Positions 10,178 to 19,550 of a DNA stretch of 64,000 bases are shown in pieces. How positions within the stretch are numbered: the first letter of the stretch is position 1; each line of letters opens with the position of its first letter. The notes beneath the pieces are model-generated. The model worked only from the letters and a program-made list of their open reading frames with translations. It searched no databases and had not been told where the DNA came from. A program made the position numbers and the translations under genes. The stretch is from Terriglobia bacterium. Its GTDB lineage: Bacteria; Acidobacteriota; Terriglobia; 20CM-2-55-15. The DNA lies in NCBI GenBank assembly GCA_965198225.1, contig CBDAOY010000006.1, positions 960,001 to 1,024,000 on the forward strand. Direction: 5' to 3'.

Positions 10178-11527
10178 GAGCTACCCTCAAAAGGTGTGTA
10201 AATAGCATAGGCGGTGATTATCCTTCCGGGTGAAATAAAAACCCGGGCGGAAGAGCCCGAAAGGAAGGAGTCACACCGCCATGAGCAAGAAGAACATTGA
10301 TCGAAGTGTGGAGTCAAGAGTCTGCTTTGAACAGCTGGAAGAGTGGGTGCGAGAGCAGATCCAGTTTTACGTACAGGAACTGTTGGAGGATGAAGTGACA
10401 CAGCTGCTGGGACGAAGAAAGAATGAGCGTCGCCGAGAAGTGGACGCACCCGGGGGCTATCGCAACGGCTACGGTAAGGAGCGGCGACTGACGCTGAGTT
10501 GCGGAACGATCAAGCTGCGGCGTCCCCGAGTGCGGGATCTGGAAGAGCGTTTTGAGAGCCGGGTCTTGCCGCTGTTTGCCAAGCGGACGCAAGAGGTACG
10601 AGACTTGATTCCAGAACTCTATTTGCATGGTCTGGCCGAGGGGGATTTCGATCTGGCCTTAAGAGGGCTTTTAGGGGAAGAAGCGCCGCTGTCCCCCAGC
10701 ACCGTAGCCCGGTTGAAGGAGAAGTGGCAGGGAGAAATGGAGGCCTGGCAAAGCCGTCGGCTGGACGATCTGGAAGTGGTGTATCTGTGGGCAGACGGTG
10801 TGTACATCAAAGCAGGGCTGGAGAAGGAAAAGGCCGTGATCCTGGTAGTGATCGCCGCTTTAAGTGATGGCACTAAAGTGGTGGTGTCGGTCAGTAGTGG
10901 TTATCGAGAATCGACCCAGAGCTGGTCCGAAGTGCTGAGGGATCTCAAAGAGCGGGGGATGAACCCACCGAGACTGGTGATGGCTGACGGGCATCTGGGG
11001 ATCTGGGGAGCGTTGCGCAACGTTTTCCCAGAAGCCGACGAGCAGAGATGCTGGAATCATCGCATCGTCAACTTGCTGGCTAAGATCCCCAAGGGTCGGC
11101 ACAAAGCGGCGTTGTTGATGTTGCGGCAGATCCCTTATGCAGAAACACGGCAGGAAGCCGAGCAAGTCAAAGGACGATTCCAACATTGGTGTGGCAAGAG
11201 AGGACTGGAGGCTGCGGCTGATCTGATCGACCTCTGCGACTGCGAACCGATGCCTCTCGAAGGTTCAAGACTCGGATGGCGCATCAGTCGCGGTGGCCAT
11301 CGTCAGTGGCAGTACCATCTGGTTCGCCGGCGAATTGCTCGACCAGGTGGGCGCCGTCAACTGGAAGATGCTGCTGGTCGCTGAGAAAAGATTTCGCCGT
11401 TTGAAGGCTCCGCACTTGATGAAGGATGTCTACCAAGGCGCCCAATATGTCAATGGAGTTCCAGTCAACCAAGTCACCGAGGAGAAAGCCGCCTGATGTC
11501 TATTTACACACTTATTGACGGAACCTC
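10178..11527 (+). mobile_element. IS256-family insertion sequence
   Basis: Imperfect IRs GAGCTACCCTCAAAAGGTGTGTAAATAG / GAGGTTCCGTCAATAAGTGTGTAAATAG; 9-bp TSD CATTTCCTG at 10169 and 11528. Confidence 0.92.
10281..11496 (+). pseudogene. IS256 transposase, disrupted at about 11230-11360
   Basis: GYRNGYG, YLWADGVY, DGHLGIW, EQRCWNH; the C-terminal WKMLLVAEKRFRRL is in another frame; the intervening sequence is a garbled copy of 11776-11858. Confidence 0.85.
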
Positions 11528-11545
11528 CATTTCCTGCGATCAGAG

Positions 11546-11944
11546 CTACTTTTCGTCAGAGGGTTCGTCCGCCATGATCGCAAGTGCCCGTTGTGAATCA
11601 TCTTCGTCCACGAGCAGTTGGACCTCCCGGCCAAACCCCAACGCCGGATCCGTGGTGCCGCAATCGTCGGAGTTTACAGTCGCAGGGATGCCATGTGCAG
11701 CTAAGACGCCGCGGAGGAGTTCTGCTTCGTGTCGCTGATTGAGACGGGCGACGACCACAGGGGAAGCGATCAAGTCGGATGGCGCATCAGTCGCGGATGG
11801 ATCGTCTGCAGTACCATCTGGTTCGCCGGCGAATTGCTCGACCAGGTGCGCGCCGCAACGAGGGCACTCGGTGACCCCCTGACGATACTCACCTCGTGTC
11901 CCGAGAACGGTCCAGTCCGGGCATTCGTCATTTGTGCAGATCAT
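11546..11944 (-). CDS. Zn-ribbon plus DUF2007-like (PII-like) protein
   Basis: C....C / CPRCG, then EAELLRGVLAAHGIPA...VQLLVDEDD..RAL. Confidence 0.7.
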   Translation of the reverse strand: MICTNDECPDWTVLGTRGEYRQGVTECPRCGAHLVEQFAGEPDGTADDPSATDAPSDLIASPVVVARLNQRHEAELLRGVLAAHGIPATVNSDDCGTTDPALGFGREVQLLVDEDDSQRALAIMADEPSDEK

Positions 11945-11997
11945 CGCGCCCTCTCCATTTTGGCGTTACGTCAGGCCCGCTCCTCTAGTAGTTCTTG

Positions 11998-12450
11998 CTA
12001 AACGCGGTCATAGTCGGCTTGCCAATCCTTCACGAGTCGCTTTATGACAGTCGGGTCCTGGATGTCTTCATTCAGAACCCTTTTCAGCAGTTCGGGCAAT
12101 TCATCATCGGAGGCGAAACGAAGTCCGACCAGTTGCTTGATAGTCAGATACTGAATGCTCCGTCGTTGTTCGGGCGGCAAGAGCCCCTCCAGCCGAATGC
12201 GCATCTCGGTCCTGATCATCCGGTCCTGCAGCGTTACTGCATAGCGGCGGACGAGCCCCAGTCCGATCAGGCTGCCAAGACCGTTCAACACCACCCCAAC
12301 GCCGATCAGATATGGCCCCGCCGTGTGTCCCAAGAACAGCAGCCCCAGGCCTGCTGAAATGACGCCAGCCAGCACCAACAGCGCCGCGGCAAACCAGGGC
12401 CTGGGCACGACGACATGATTCTCGAAGTTCTGGGGAGTTGGATCTGTCAC
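11998..12450 (-). CDS. DUF6526-like membrane protein
   Basis: QNFENH, two TM helices, LQDRMIRTEMRIR, QLVGLRFASDDEL, WQADYDRV. Confidence 0.75.
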   Translation of the reverse strand: MTDPTPQNFENHVVVPRPWFAAALLVLAGVISAGLGLLFLGHTAGPYLIGVGVVLNGLGSLIGLGLVRRYAVTLQDRMIRTEMRIRLEGLLPPEQRRSIQYLTIKQLVGLRFASDDELPELLKRVLNEDIQDPTVIKRLVKDWQADYDRV

Positions 12451-12497
12451 GATGTCCCCTTGACGAAAGCGTATTGGGATATGGTCGGGCCGATCAT
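12447..12497 (-). pseudogene. 16-aa mini-ORF, remnant of a kinase N-terminus (MIGPTISQY...)
   Basis: Matches MIGQTISHY of 34344; overlaps the upstream stop (ATGA) and the downstream start (GTGA). Confidence 0.7.
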
Positions 12498-15304
12498 GGC
12501 ACCGGCACCTGTTCCTTCAGTTCCTCGGACCAGTTCAGCACAACACGAAGCTTGGTCACTGGCTGTGGTTCAGGCTCATCGAACTGCGGCATCAAGAATC
12601 GTCTTCCGTCCAGCGCGACGTCGTAGGTTCGCGACGGGATGGTGCCATGGAAAGTGTGAATTTCGAAAAGCAAGCGTGGAACACCCACACTGAAGTCGGG
12701 GTTCGTCCTGATGTCGACGACCATCATCTCGTCGTCCAGCCCACGACGGAATCCTCTGGCCATGAAGGTCCGATAGAATAGTTCCGTTCCGTCGGGCGCC
12801 CAAGCCGGCGAATTCCCCCCACTCGTTGACACCAGGAACTTCGAACCAGGCCCGGGAAAAGGCCGAACATACACTTCGTATTGGCCGGTCTCGTTTGAAG
12901 CGTATGCCAGCCACTTGCCATCCGGTGAGAATGCGGGCCAGCCTTCCGAAAACGGTGTTTCTATAAACCGCTGTGGCTCGCTGGCACCATCCATTTGCAA
13001 GTACCAGATGTCGTTCGCCTCGACGAAGGCAAGCGTGCCGTCGCCCGACCACGACGTCGGCCTCTGTACGAGATCAGCCGTCGTAAGCAGCTCGGCGGTG
13101 TCGCTACCGTCGACGGACATCCAAGACAGACTCCGACCCCCAGCCGTTGAAGATGCAAAGGCTAAGCGCTGACCGTCCGGTGACCACACGGGATACGTAT
13201 TCTCGCCTTCAAACGTCAGCTGTCTGGCCGTGTTCCGCTGGAGGTCAAAGACGAAAATGTGTTCGGCGTCCGCAGCGGCGGCGAACCGACCATCGGGTGA
13301 AAGGCGAAGCCCTCGATAGCCGCCTTGAGGTGTAGGTATGACTTCGACGGCTCCCTGTCGGTCCACCCAGACGAGAGACGTAGACATTTCTGGATATCCT
13401 TCCCCTGGTACGAAAACCAGAGATCCAGAGGCGGACAAGTCGTAGTGTGAGACGCCGGTTTCCAACACGGGGTTTCCAGCATTGGTCGAATGCATGACAC
13501 CGTCAATTACCGGGACAGGAGCACCAGTAATCTCGAGCCCTTCCACATCGAATGGTGTAGCCACAACGCTGTTGCCACGTCTGTATAACAGGTGGCCGCT
13601 CGGAGAGTAGCGAGCGTCTGCCGCACCACCGTCGACGAGGATCTTACGTTCACCGTTGCGCAGTGACAACGCGACGATCTGAGCGTCTTCCCAGTTTCGA
13701 GCCAAAAGCACGGTGAACAGCACGGCGCTACCGGTCGGGAGGATCTCTGGGAGGAGATGCGCGGTCTCGCCTTTTTGCGGATCGGGGGCTGCGAGCTGTT
13801 CCGGGTCGCCGCCGTTTGCAGAAACCCGCCAAATGCCCCCACCGCGGTGCGAATACACAATGGTCTCATCCGGTCCCCAGCTGACGCCGTATGGCAACGG
13901 GGTCGCGGCCAGTGGGACCGGTAAGCCACCCTGAATGGAAACTTTTTGCAGTTGGCCTTCTGCCCAGAAGCCCACCCATTGCCCGTCAGGAGAAAAGAAA
14001 GGGCTGGCACCCTCTTCTGTACTTGGGATCGGTCGGGGCTCCGGTCGATCTAACTCACGTAGATACACCTGGGAGTTACCGTCAGCGTTCGCAGCACTGT
14101 AGACCAGGGTTCGACCGTCTGGCGACAGAGCTATGGCCTTGCGGCTGGGACGCTGCATTCCGAAGTACATCGGTTCAAAGGCGTGCCCACCCCACAGGTG
14201 CTGGCCCGGCTGCAGCTCAAGCGTCAGGCGAGTGACCACTGTCGTCGGAGCCGAGTTGAGATTCCAGAACACGATGCTCGCTACGAGCGTGGCCAAAACG
14301 GTCGCACCCAAGGCCACAGGGAAGGCTTTCCACCGTAAGGCCGTAGCGTGTGCCTCAGGAAAGCTGGCTGGCTGTGCGTCGAGCGTCCATTTCAACTGGA
14401 ACAGTAGGTCGCTCGACGACTGCCACCGATTATCTGGATCTTTTTCCATGCACCGCTTCACCGTTCTACCGAGAACTGGCGGCGACACGGGCTGAACGTC
14501 GGCAATCGGAGGTGGTTCACTCCCCATGATTGCGGTTATCAGGCTGACTTGACTCTTGCCGGTGAACGCCTTCGTCCCAGTGACCATCTCGTAGACCACA
14601 GCACCGAACGCGAAGATGTCCGTGCGGGCATCAGCTTCCTTGCCCTCTAACTGCTCCGGTGCCATGTATTGGAGCGTGCCGAGGATTGTGCCTTCGGCGG
14701 TCAACGTGGACTTCTGTTCGGAATACAGCCACCACGCTGGCTCTTCGCCGGCCACTTGGGGGCCGGCCGCATGCGGTGTTCCCGACTCTGTAGGCGCTTG
14801 CGATAGAGATTTTGGGTGATCAGGAACCGGTCGCAGTTTCGCCAACCCGAAGTCCAACAGCTTCGTCCCGGACTTCGTAAGCATGATGTTTCCGGGCTTC
14901 AGATCTCGGTGAACGACGCCCTGCCGATGGGCCTTGTCCAGGGCGTCGGCGATCTGGATGGCATATTCGAGAGCCTGATCGACCGGCAGCCGCCCTTTTT
15001 CCAACCGATGCTGGAGCGTCTCCCCCTCAACGTACTCCATGACGAGGTAGTGAATGCCGTCCTGTTCGCCGACGTCATGTAGCGTGCAGATGTGAGGGTG
15101 GTTCAAGCTGCTAACGGCACGGGCTTCACGCTCGAATCGTTCCTGGCGTTCGGGGTCGTCGGAGAGGTGTTCGGGAAGAACTTTGATGGCGACGGCGCGG
15201 TCCAGGCGGGTGTCGGTGGCGCGATACACTTCTCCCATACCGCCGGCACCGAGTTGATCGGCGATTTCGTATGGGCCCAAGCGCGTACCCGCGTTGAGGG
15301 ACAC
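12494..15304 (-). CDS. Ser/Thr kinase-TM-TolB/PD40 beta-propeller receptor (type A)
   Basis: [26 protein letters not shown]; TM helix; SPDG repeats; NWSEELKEQVPVP tail. Confidence 0.93.
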   Translation of the reverse strand: MSLNAGTRLGPYEIADQLGAGGMGEVYRATDTRLDRAVAIKVLPEHLSDDPERQERFEREARAVSSLNHPHICTLHDVGEQDGIHYLVMEYVEGETLQHRLEKGRLPVDQALEYAIQIADALDKAHRQGVVHRDLKPGNIMLTKSGTKLLDFGLAKLRPVPDHPKSLSQAPTESGTPHAAGPQVAGEEPAWWLYSEQKSTLTAEGTILGTLQYMAPEQLEGKEADARTDIFAFGAVVYEMVTGTKAFTGKSQVSLITAIMGSEPPPIADVQPVSPPVLGRTVKRCMEKDPDNRWQSSSDLLFQLKWTLDAQPASFPEAHATALRWKAFPVALGATVLATLVASIVFWNLNSAPTTVVTRLTLELQPGQHLWGGHAFEPMYFGMQRPSRKAIALSPDGRTLVYSAANADGNSQVYLRELDRPEPRPIPSTEEGASPFFSPDGQWVGFWAEGQLQKVSIQGGLPVPLAATPLPYGVSWGPDETIVYSHRGGGIWRVSANGGDPEQLAAPDPQKGETAHLLPEILPTGSAVLFTVLLARNWEDAQIVALSLRNGERKILVDGGAADARYSPSGHLLYRRGNSVVATPFDVEGLEITGAPVPVIDGVMHSTNAGNPVLETGVSHYDLSASGSLVFVPGEGYPEMSTSLVWVDRQGAVEVIPTPQGGYRGLRLSPDGRFAAAADAEHIFVFDLQRNTARQLTFEGENTYPVWSPDGQRLAFASSTAGGRSLSWMSVDGSDTAELLTTADLVQRPTSWSGDGTLAFVEANDIWYLQMDGASEPQRFIETPFSEGWPAFSPDGKWLAYASNETGQYEVYVRPFPGPGSKFLVSTSGGNSPAWAPDGTELFYRTFMARGFRRGLDDEMMVVDIRTNPDFSVGVPRLLFEIHTFHGTIPSRTYDVALDGRRFLMPQFDEPEPQPVTKLRVVLNWSEELKEQVPVP

Positions 15305-15321
15305 TGGTTGCCTCCTGAAGA

Positions 15322-15345
15322 GGTGCGGTCATGGACCGCCCCAAC
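15322..15345. repeat. Degenerate single REP
   Basis: GGTGCGGTCATGGACCGCCCCAAC, a palindrome related to the 6135 unit. Confidence 0.55.
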
Positions 15346-15394
15346 GCCTCTGCTCAAAGACGCTCCGTCGTCCTGTCTGGGAAAACTTGGCTAA

Positions 15395-15423
15395 ATATTA
15401 AGTGAGTGGTGGGTTAGGGTCAA
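15395..15423 (-). promoter_or_regulatory. Sigma70-like promoter of kinase 15304
   Basis: TTGACC-N17-TAATAT; homologous copies at 28350 and 40392. Confidence 0.7.
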
Positions 15424-15592
15424 TGAAGTCGGCCTTCGACCTAGAAGAGTTGCCGCGACACTCAAGAGATCAACTCGAAGGCGGAAAGGTTCAGCGACGT
15501 CCTGCTCGTTTGAAGAAAGGGCGGCTGTAGAAGTCTAGAGAGAGGATAGAAACTACTGGGTCATCAGGGGCATCTGGGCACTGCGCATTCGT

Positions 15593-15621
15593 TTGACACC
15601 CCGCCCCACTGCCGATAGCAT
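15593..15621 (+). promoter_or_regulatory. Sigma70-like promoter
   Basis: TTGACA-N17-TAGCAT then GGAGG RBS; near-identical copy at 18158. Confidence 0.75.
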
Positions 15622-15654
15622 CCCCTCACCACCAATCCAACTGGAGGACACACC

Positions 15655-16155
15655 GTGAAACGGACACTGGTATACCCATGCTTCGCCGCAGCCCTGTTGA
15701 TCTTGACCGCCTGTGCACCAGCACCAGCTCCAACGCCCGCGCCTGAACCCGAAAACACGACCGAAGCCGACGTTGCAGCGATCAATGGCATGGTGGACCA
15801 GTGGCTCGAGGCCTGGCACGCTGGTGACGCTGCGACCTTGAATTCGCTTTATGCGGATGATGCCGTCCGAATGTTGCCTGACTCCTCAAACCTCACCGGG
15901 CGCGAAGCTATTCTGGGACGCCAGCAAGCCGGCGCCGAAGAATATGAAGAGCGGCAGCAGACCGTGTCTAAAGATGACCTTCGTGTCTCCGGGGATCTGG
16001 CGTTTCTAAGCGGAGACTGGAGCGTGGTTCAGACACCTGTCGGCGGTGAGGCGCGGAGCCTGAACGGAAAATACATCTGGCTGCTCGGACGACAAGACGA
16101 CGGCTCATGGAAGATCGTGCGCCATATCCACAACGTGGCACCAGAAGAAGGCTGA
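15655..16155 (+). CDS. SnoaL/DUF4440 (NTF2-like) lipoprotein
   Basis: Lipobox LTAC, YADDAV, GREAI, RQDDGSWKI. Confidence 0.85.
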   Translation: MKRTLVYPCFAAALLILTACAPAPAPTPAPEPENTTEADVAAINGMVDQWLEAWHAGDAATLNSLYADDAVRMLPDSSNLTGREAILGRQQAGAEEYEERQQTVSKDDLRVSGDLAFLSGDWSVVQTPVGGEARSLNGKYIWLLGRQDDGSWKIVRHIHNVAPEEG

Positions 16156-16224
16156 TCGGTCCTGGGTAGAACTGCTTCCGCTACCTGTCAGCTCAAACTC
16201 TGAATCCCCACGGAGGTATGAGAG

Positions 16225-16983
16225 ATGAAACGATTGGTATTCACTTTGATCGCATTCGCGATGGTCGCTGCTTTTGCAACGGCCTCATCGGCCCAAACGC
16301 CGGACCGCGTGATGGTCAGCATCGTCGAAATCCACGTGAAACCCGGCATGGAGGCCCAATACGAAGCGGCCAGAAAAGAGGGTGTGGCGAACTGGGCCAG
16401 GAACAACTTCTCTTACGCCGTGAACGAGAGTCGAGGCGATGGATCGATCTACCGCCGAACGACCGTGGTTGAAAGTCTGACCGACCTGGACAAGGCCTCG
16501 ACCCAGAGCGGGGCCAATCCCGTCGATCAAAGCGTCCGGAACCGTTTAAACGAGGCTATCGACCACACCTCGAATACTATCGTGTGGTCCAGACCGGACT
16601 TGGCCTACACACCGGAGAATCCGAGGCTCAGCGGGGACGAAGTGGGCTTCTACCATTACGTCTTTCTGTATCCTCGACGCGGAACCCGAGAGCAGATGAC
16701 ACAAGCCTTCATGAAGCACCGGGAGCTGTACGTGAAACACGGGGATTCCGACACGTACGCCGTGGCCCAGACCACCCGGGGTCCGGAAGTGCCGATGTTG
16801 ATAGTCCGTTTCTCGGCTAAAGATGCTGCGGACTATTTCGCGCAGGACCCACAGCGGAGCAGCGATTTCCTCGAGGAACGGGGTGCGATTCGCAGTGAAA
16901 TTCTGAGTCTGTGCAGAAGGTTTGAAGTGTCGAACAACACGCGTGTTCCAGACATTTCATACCAGCCCGGCGGAAGCAACTAG
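16225..16983 (+). CDS. Exported protein, dimeric alpha-beta barrel (NIPSNAP-like) repeats
   Basis: Signal peptide; VKPGMEAQYE; internal repeat ending RPDLAY / VPDISY. Confidence 0.6.
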   Translation: MKRLVFTLIAFAMVAAFATASSAQTPDRVMVSIVEIHVKPGMEAQYEAARKEGVANWARNNFSYAVNESRGDGSIYRRTTVVESLTDLDKASTQSGANPVDQSVRNRLNEAIDHTSNTIVWSRPDLAYTPENPRLSGDEVGFYHYVFLYPRRGTREQMTQAFMKHRELYVKHGDSDTYAVAQTTRGPEVPMLIVRFSAKDAADYFAQDPQRSSDFLEERGAIRSEILSLCRRFEVSNNTRVPDISYQPGGSN

Positions 16984-17250
16984 TGACCTGTAACAGTGCT
17001 ATCGGTACCAGCGTTCGGCGGAGCGGCGTCGGATTCTAGGAGTGACGCTCGAGCCAATGCTGTTTCATTGCGAGGGCGTTACGACACCGAAGCCGGCGCC
17101 GTTCCGCCGAACCCTTCGGGCCGATGGGGGTTGCGGGCGATCTCTTTGTCGGAAGCCGTCACCGATGAAAGAGCATCGCTTTCCGTCTCCCTCCTCGACC
17201 TCGCCCGCAAGACCCATCGGCGATGGTGCCGATACCACTGTTGCAGGCCA
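16984..17250. mobile_element. MITE-like structured element
   Basis: 27-bp terminal inverted repeats (23/27 identical), flanked by CTAG on both sides, with internal hairpins. Confidence 0.65.
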
Positions 17251-17517
17251 CTAGCGGCGCTGGGAGCCCGCACGCGCGGTTCCGGTCGGGCTCAGGCACG
17301 AAGAGTCCACGTCTGCCTTGACCGGAACCGCTGAGCACTGGCTGGTGAGCGGGCAGGGGAGAGCGCACACATCGAGTGAATCGAGTCGGTCACGGAAGCC
17401 TGACGTTATCTCACAACGTCCTGCACGATAGCCACTGAACTCAGGCTCAACGAAACAACGTCCCCCTAGCTTCTGGGTGACCGAATTTTCCCCAGTCAAT
17501 ACAGGAGAGAAACTCTA

Positions 17518-17976
17518 ATGAAGACGACGACCCTTTCAGTCTTAGCCATTGCCGCGCTGGTCCTTTCCGGTCCAGCAGCACACGCCCAGAATCCCGAAGC
17601 CGAGGTCCGGGAAGCTATCCAGAGACACTATGACGCCATCAACAACAACGAGTTGGAGAGCATCCGGGAACAACATCTCCCTGAGATGTCTTGGTTCCCC
17701 GGAGGCGGGGAGATGCTTCTGGCTCCCGGTACTCTGGACAGACTCGACCAGGATGTGGCCATGATGGGTTGGACGACACCCAGCCTGTCCATCCGCGAAT
17801 TCAATGCCCAGGTTTACGGGGATGTCGTCATCGCCACCTTCTACCTGGTGGGGCGCCCCAGTCTGGACAGCCCACGCACTACGAATCGCGTCAGCGCGGT
17901 TTGGGTCAGGCAGGGATCGGAGTGGAAGGAGGCTCATCATCACGAGTCATCGCTTGTCCCGGGGGAGCATCCCTAA
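17518..17976 (+). CDS. Exported SnoaL/DUF4440 protein
   Basis: Signal peptide, VYGDVVIATF, WKEAHHHES. Confidence 0.8.
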   Translation: MKTTTLSVLAIAALVLSGPAAHAQNPEAEVREAIQRHYDAINNNELESIREQHLPEMSWFPGGGEMLLAPGTLDRLDQDVAMMGWTTPSLSIREFNAQVYGDVVIATFYLVGRPSLDSPRTTNRVSAVWVRQGSEWKEAHHHESSLVPGEHP

Positions 17977-18157
17977 TACCCCCACAGATTTAAGGGCTGA
18001 CGACACTCTGACGGCGGTATGGCGATGTCCTATAGTACTTTCAGTCGACAAACGTTCGTTGTTCCTCGTGCGGCAAGACAAACCGAGTCCGGCAACTCGG
18101 GATCTCGGTCGTGAACTGCCGAGCGTGTAAGACACCGCTGCCCCCACCCTCCATTCG

Positions 18158-18186
18158 TTGACACCCCTCCCCACTGCCGATAGCAT
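18158..18186 (+). promoter_or_regulatory. Sigma70-like promoter (copy of 15593)
   Basis: TTGACA-N17-TAGCAT. Confidence 0.75.
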
Positions 18187-18219
18187 CGCCTCTCACCCGA
18201 TCTCATTGGAGGACACGTC

Positions 18220-18729
18220 ATGAAACCCAGATTGGTTTACGTCTGCCTCGCCTCAACCCTGTTGATCTTCACCGCCTGTGCGCCAGCGCCTGCTCCGGTA
18301 CCAGAGCCTGTGGACACGACCGCAGAGGATGAGGCCGCAATCAGGGCGCTCAGAGCAGCCTTCACTGAGGCTCAGGGTTCTGGGGATGTTGATACCATCG
18401 TGTCCAGTTACGCGAGCGACGCCATACTGATGAGGGCTGGTGCGCCGACTGTGTCCGGGCTGGAGCCCATAAGTGCCCTGCTCGCCGAGAACTTTGAGCA
18501 ATCGGCCATGACGGTCGAAGATCCCATTGATCAGCTAGTAGTGCTCGGCGACTGGGCGTTCGATCGAACAAGCTTCTCAGGGACTCAAACAAACAGGGAG
18601 TCCGGCGAGACGGTCGATCTTGAGGGTAAGGCTATTCACATCTATCGGCGGCAGGCTGATGGGTCGTGGAAGATCGCTATAGACATGTACAACTTTGACC
18701 AGCCGATGGAGTCAAACCCGGACAACTGA
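18220..18729 (+). CDS. SnoaL/DUF4440 lipoprotein, paralogue of 15655
   Basis: Lipobox FTAC, YASDA, GDWAF, RQADGSWKI. Confidence 0.85.
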   Translation: MKPRLVYVCLASTLLIFTACAPAPAPVPEPVDTTAEDEAAIRALRAAFTEAQGSGDVDTIVSSYASDAILMRAGAPTVSGLEPISALLAENFEQSAMTVEDPIDQLVVLGDWAFDRTSFSGTQTNRESGETVDLEGKAIHIYRRQADGSWKIAIDMYNFDQPMESNPDN

Positions 18730-18895
18730 CCATACAGGAGTGACCTGTTGGCCTGGGAAGACCTCCGAGTCAATCGAGTCCAACAATAAAATCAATCACC
18801 GATGATTGGGAGCCGGATATCAACGGATACGGCCTGAGTTGTTAGCGCCGTTCTCTGGGGTCACGCCTGGCCGACAGACGCGCATATGGGGTGTT

Positions 18896-19405
18896 ATGAG
18901 CATACGTCGCCTTCTTACGATCATCGTCACGTTCGTGATCCTCGTTGGCTTGGGATCTGTTTCAGCACAGAGTCCAACTAGCTCTCCTGGGGAGCTTGTC
19001 GGTGTCTGGCTGATTTCCGAGACCGTGGTGACTACGACGGATGGAACCACGAGGAACGAAAACCCACAACCGGGGTTGTACATATTCACGGAACGGCACT
19101 TCAGTAATATGTTGATTCCCAGTGTGGAACAGAGGGCACCGCTCAGTGCGGAACGAACGGATCAAGAGCGGCTGGCGGCTTTTGAGAACTTCATTGCCGA
19201 TGCAGGTACATACGAGTCCACGGACTCGGAGATCACCGTACACAACATCATTGCGAAGATTCCGAACGTTATGCCCCCGTTCAGGGCCGGGGCTGACTTG
19301 ACATACGGCTACAAGTTCGAAGGGGAATCGCTGATGCTCACACTGCGAGGGATGGGATGGGCGCAAGGTGGTGAGATTACCTATCGGCTTGAACGCATTG
19401 AGTAG
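18896..19405 (+). CDS. Exported lipocalin-like protein
   Basis: Signal peptide from MSIRR; LVGVW, GLYIFT, AGTYE, LERIE. Confidence 0.7.
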   Translation: MSIRRLLTIIVTFVILVGLGSVSAQSPTSSPGELVGVWLISETVVTTTDGTTRNENPQPGLYIFTERHFSNMLIPSVEQRAPLSAERTDQERLAAFENFIADAGTYESTDSEITVHNIIAKIPNVMPPFRAGADLTYGYKFEGESLMLTLRGMGWAQGGEITYRLERIE

Positions 19406-19550
19406 AACACTCCGAATGGGATGACTCGACGGACCCGGCCTACTGGGGTTCGTCGAGCAACTGCTGACACTCGGCCGCGGGAGCAGCCAAGCCGAGGGCC
19501 TCGAATCCCTCGGTCTGGCTACCATCCCGGCCTGTCTCGTCCGGCTTCTC

